From Negaprion brevirostris (taxonomy: Eukaryota): a stretch of DNA of 63,888 nt. This document shows, in pieces, positions 62,780-63,888 of the stretch (the first letter of the stretch is position 1; each line of letters starts with the position of its first letter). The stretch spans positions 74,936,116-75,000,003 of the forward strand of contig JARDVH010000042.1 in assembly GCA_030324005.1 (NCBI GenBank), in the 5' to 3' direction. A model generated the notes under the pieces. It was not told the origin of the DNA, ran no database searches, and saw only the letters and a list, made by a program, of their open reading frames with translations. A program made the position numbers and the translations under genes.

Positions 62780-62960
62780 TTTCTTACACTCAAGGATTCT
62801 GGATCCTGAAGCGAAGAAGTCCAATGCTGGATCCACACACACTGCCACTGTTGGGACAAATAGTGTTAGATGAGGTGGGTGGGTTGGGTGCTCAATCTTT
62901 GGTGTGCTCCTTCCACTGTTTGAACTTCGCCTCCACAAGCCTGCTAGAAGTTGTTCAGAA
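62780..62960 (-). mobile_element. RTE-type LINE C-terminal remnant
   Basis: antisense ICPNSGSVCGSSIGLL resembles the RTE terminal CPxCGRxCxSRIGL motif. Confidence 0.4.
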
Positions 62961-63799
62961 TGGCTGACACCTTTGCAACTACTTCTTTCTCAGTTTGGGC
63001 TCTCTCAAGCAAGAGATTCCCAAATGTCTGAATAGTGGAACAGGCTCAAGGGATCAAGTGGCCTATTTTTGCTCCTACTTCCTATGTTTTTCTGTGTCAT
63101 TTGGGGCATCTTGTTTTTGCTGGTTGTTTGCTAAGTAATTAAAAGCCAACTTGACTACCAACTATCTATGTTCCCAATACCTTTCTCTGTTTCAAGTATT
63201 TATTCAATTTTCCTTTAAAGTATTCAATAGTTGCTCTCTCAATCACACCCTGTTTGTCCAATGCTCCAACAACTAATTTCAGTGAAGAAATTTTTTCTAG
63301 TCACTCCCCTTGCTCATAAATATTTCAAGTGAATGACTCCCCTGTCACAGAAATAATCTTTTCCTCTTCAGTTACCTAAACTCTTAATTTCATAACTAAT
63401 AAATCTCTCCTTTATTCTTGGAGATCCCTTAGAGATTAAAATTTTTGTAATGACCCAACAATATTTTCCACAAATGTTTTATTTCTTTGCTCCTTCACGC
63501 TTAAGCTTCTAACTTATAAAGCCAATATGTGGTCGGTCATTTAGGTTTTATATGCCTACACTCACACTTCCACTTGATTGTAAAAGATAAATCTTTTGAT
63601 CTTTCTTCTATCTCAGCTCAGAATTCAAAAGAAAAAAATACTGGTGTCCAGTAAAATAATAACTACTTCCTGATCACTGCTTGGCCTTTAGGCAAAGGTA
63701 GTTTGTCTTTCCCACAAAAGAGCATTTCATCGAGATAGCAGATAGGTTAAAGAATTTTAAAATTGGTATTCTGATACAAATTCTGATTTAAAAATCACT

Positions 63800-63888
63800 A
63801 TTCTGATTGGTGGTTGGTAACTAGTGGAGTGCCGCAGGGATCGGTGCTGGGGCCTCAGCTATTTACCATTTATATAGATGATCTGGAG
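63800..63888 (+). mobile_element. CR1 RT fragment running off the window
   Basis: [24 protein letters not shown]. Confidence 0.85.

Noticed and set aside
62699-62938. ORF ending ...YSPW followed by gtaatg, mimicking the MFSD14 'ISPW' exon end
   Set aside because: The upstream peptide is unrelated to MFSD14 and overlaps a LINE remnant; the expected intervening exon (WYFA...YG) is not found between here and 58039, so the upstream exons probably lie outside the window.
1-63888. CRISPR arrays, operons or prokaryotic defence systems
   Set aside because: The sequence is spliced vertebrate DNA; no regularly spaced repeat-spacer array was seen.

Overview
Eukaryotic (vertebrate) DNA, almost certainly a cartilaginous fish (shark), judged from HE1/V-SINEs, Deu-SINE-like elements and dense CR1 LINEs; draft assembly with many N gaps. 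Most entries in the ORF track are spurious or TE-derived. Two genes lie tail-to-tail. On the + strand are the last 7 coding exons of a SAS-6 centriolar cartwheel gene (SASS6 or a paralog; stop at 9793). On the - strand are the last 7 coding exons of an MFSD14/HIAT1-family MFS transporter (58039->33435); its residues look more like MFSD14B, although in mammals SASS6 neighbours MFSD14A. The intergenic spacer and introns hold CR1, L2, Rex/RTE-type LINE fragments, SINEs, PIF/Harbinger remnants and MITEs, and several Penelope-like retroelement (PLE) pieces. Highlights: (i) minimal type-I hammerhead-ribozyme motifs from at least two, possibly three, PLE families, most apparently decayed at the same CpG; (ii) a TSD-flanked hairpin PLE insertion and a TSD-flanked insertion that is little more than the ribozyme plus its tail; (iii) a possible retained paralogous SASS6-like/MFSD14B block; (iv) a probable GC-AG intron in the SAS-6 gene. 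All homology calls come from recall of family motifs, not from database searches.
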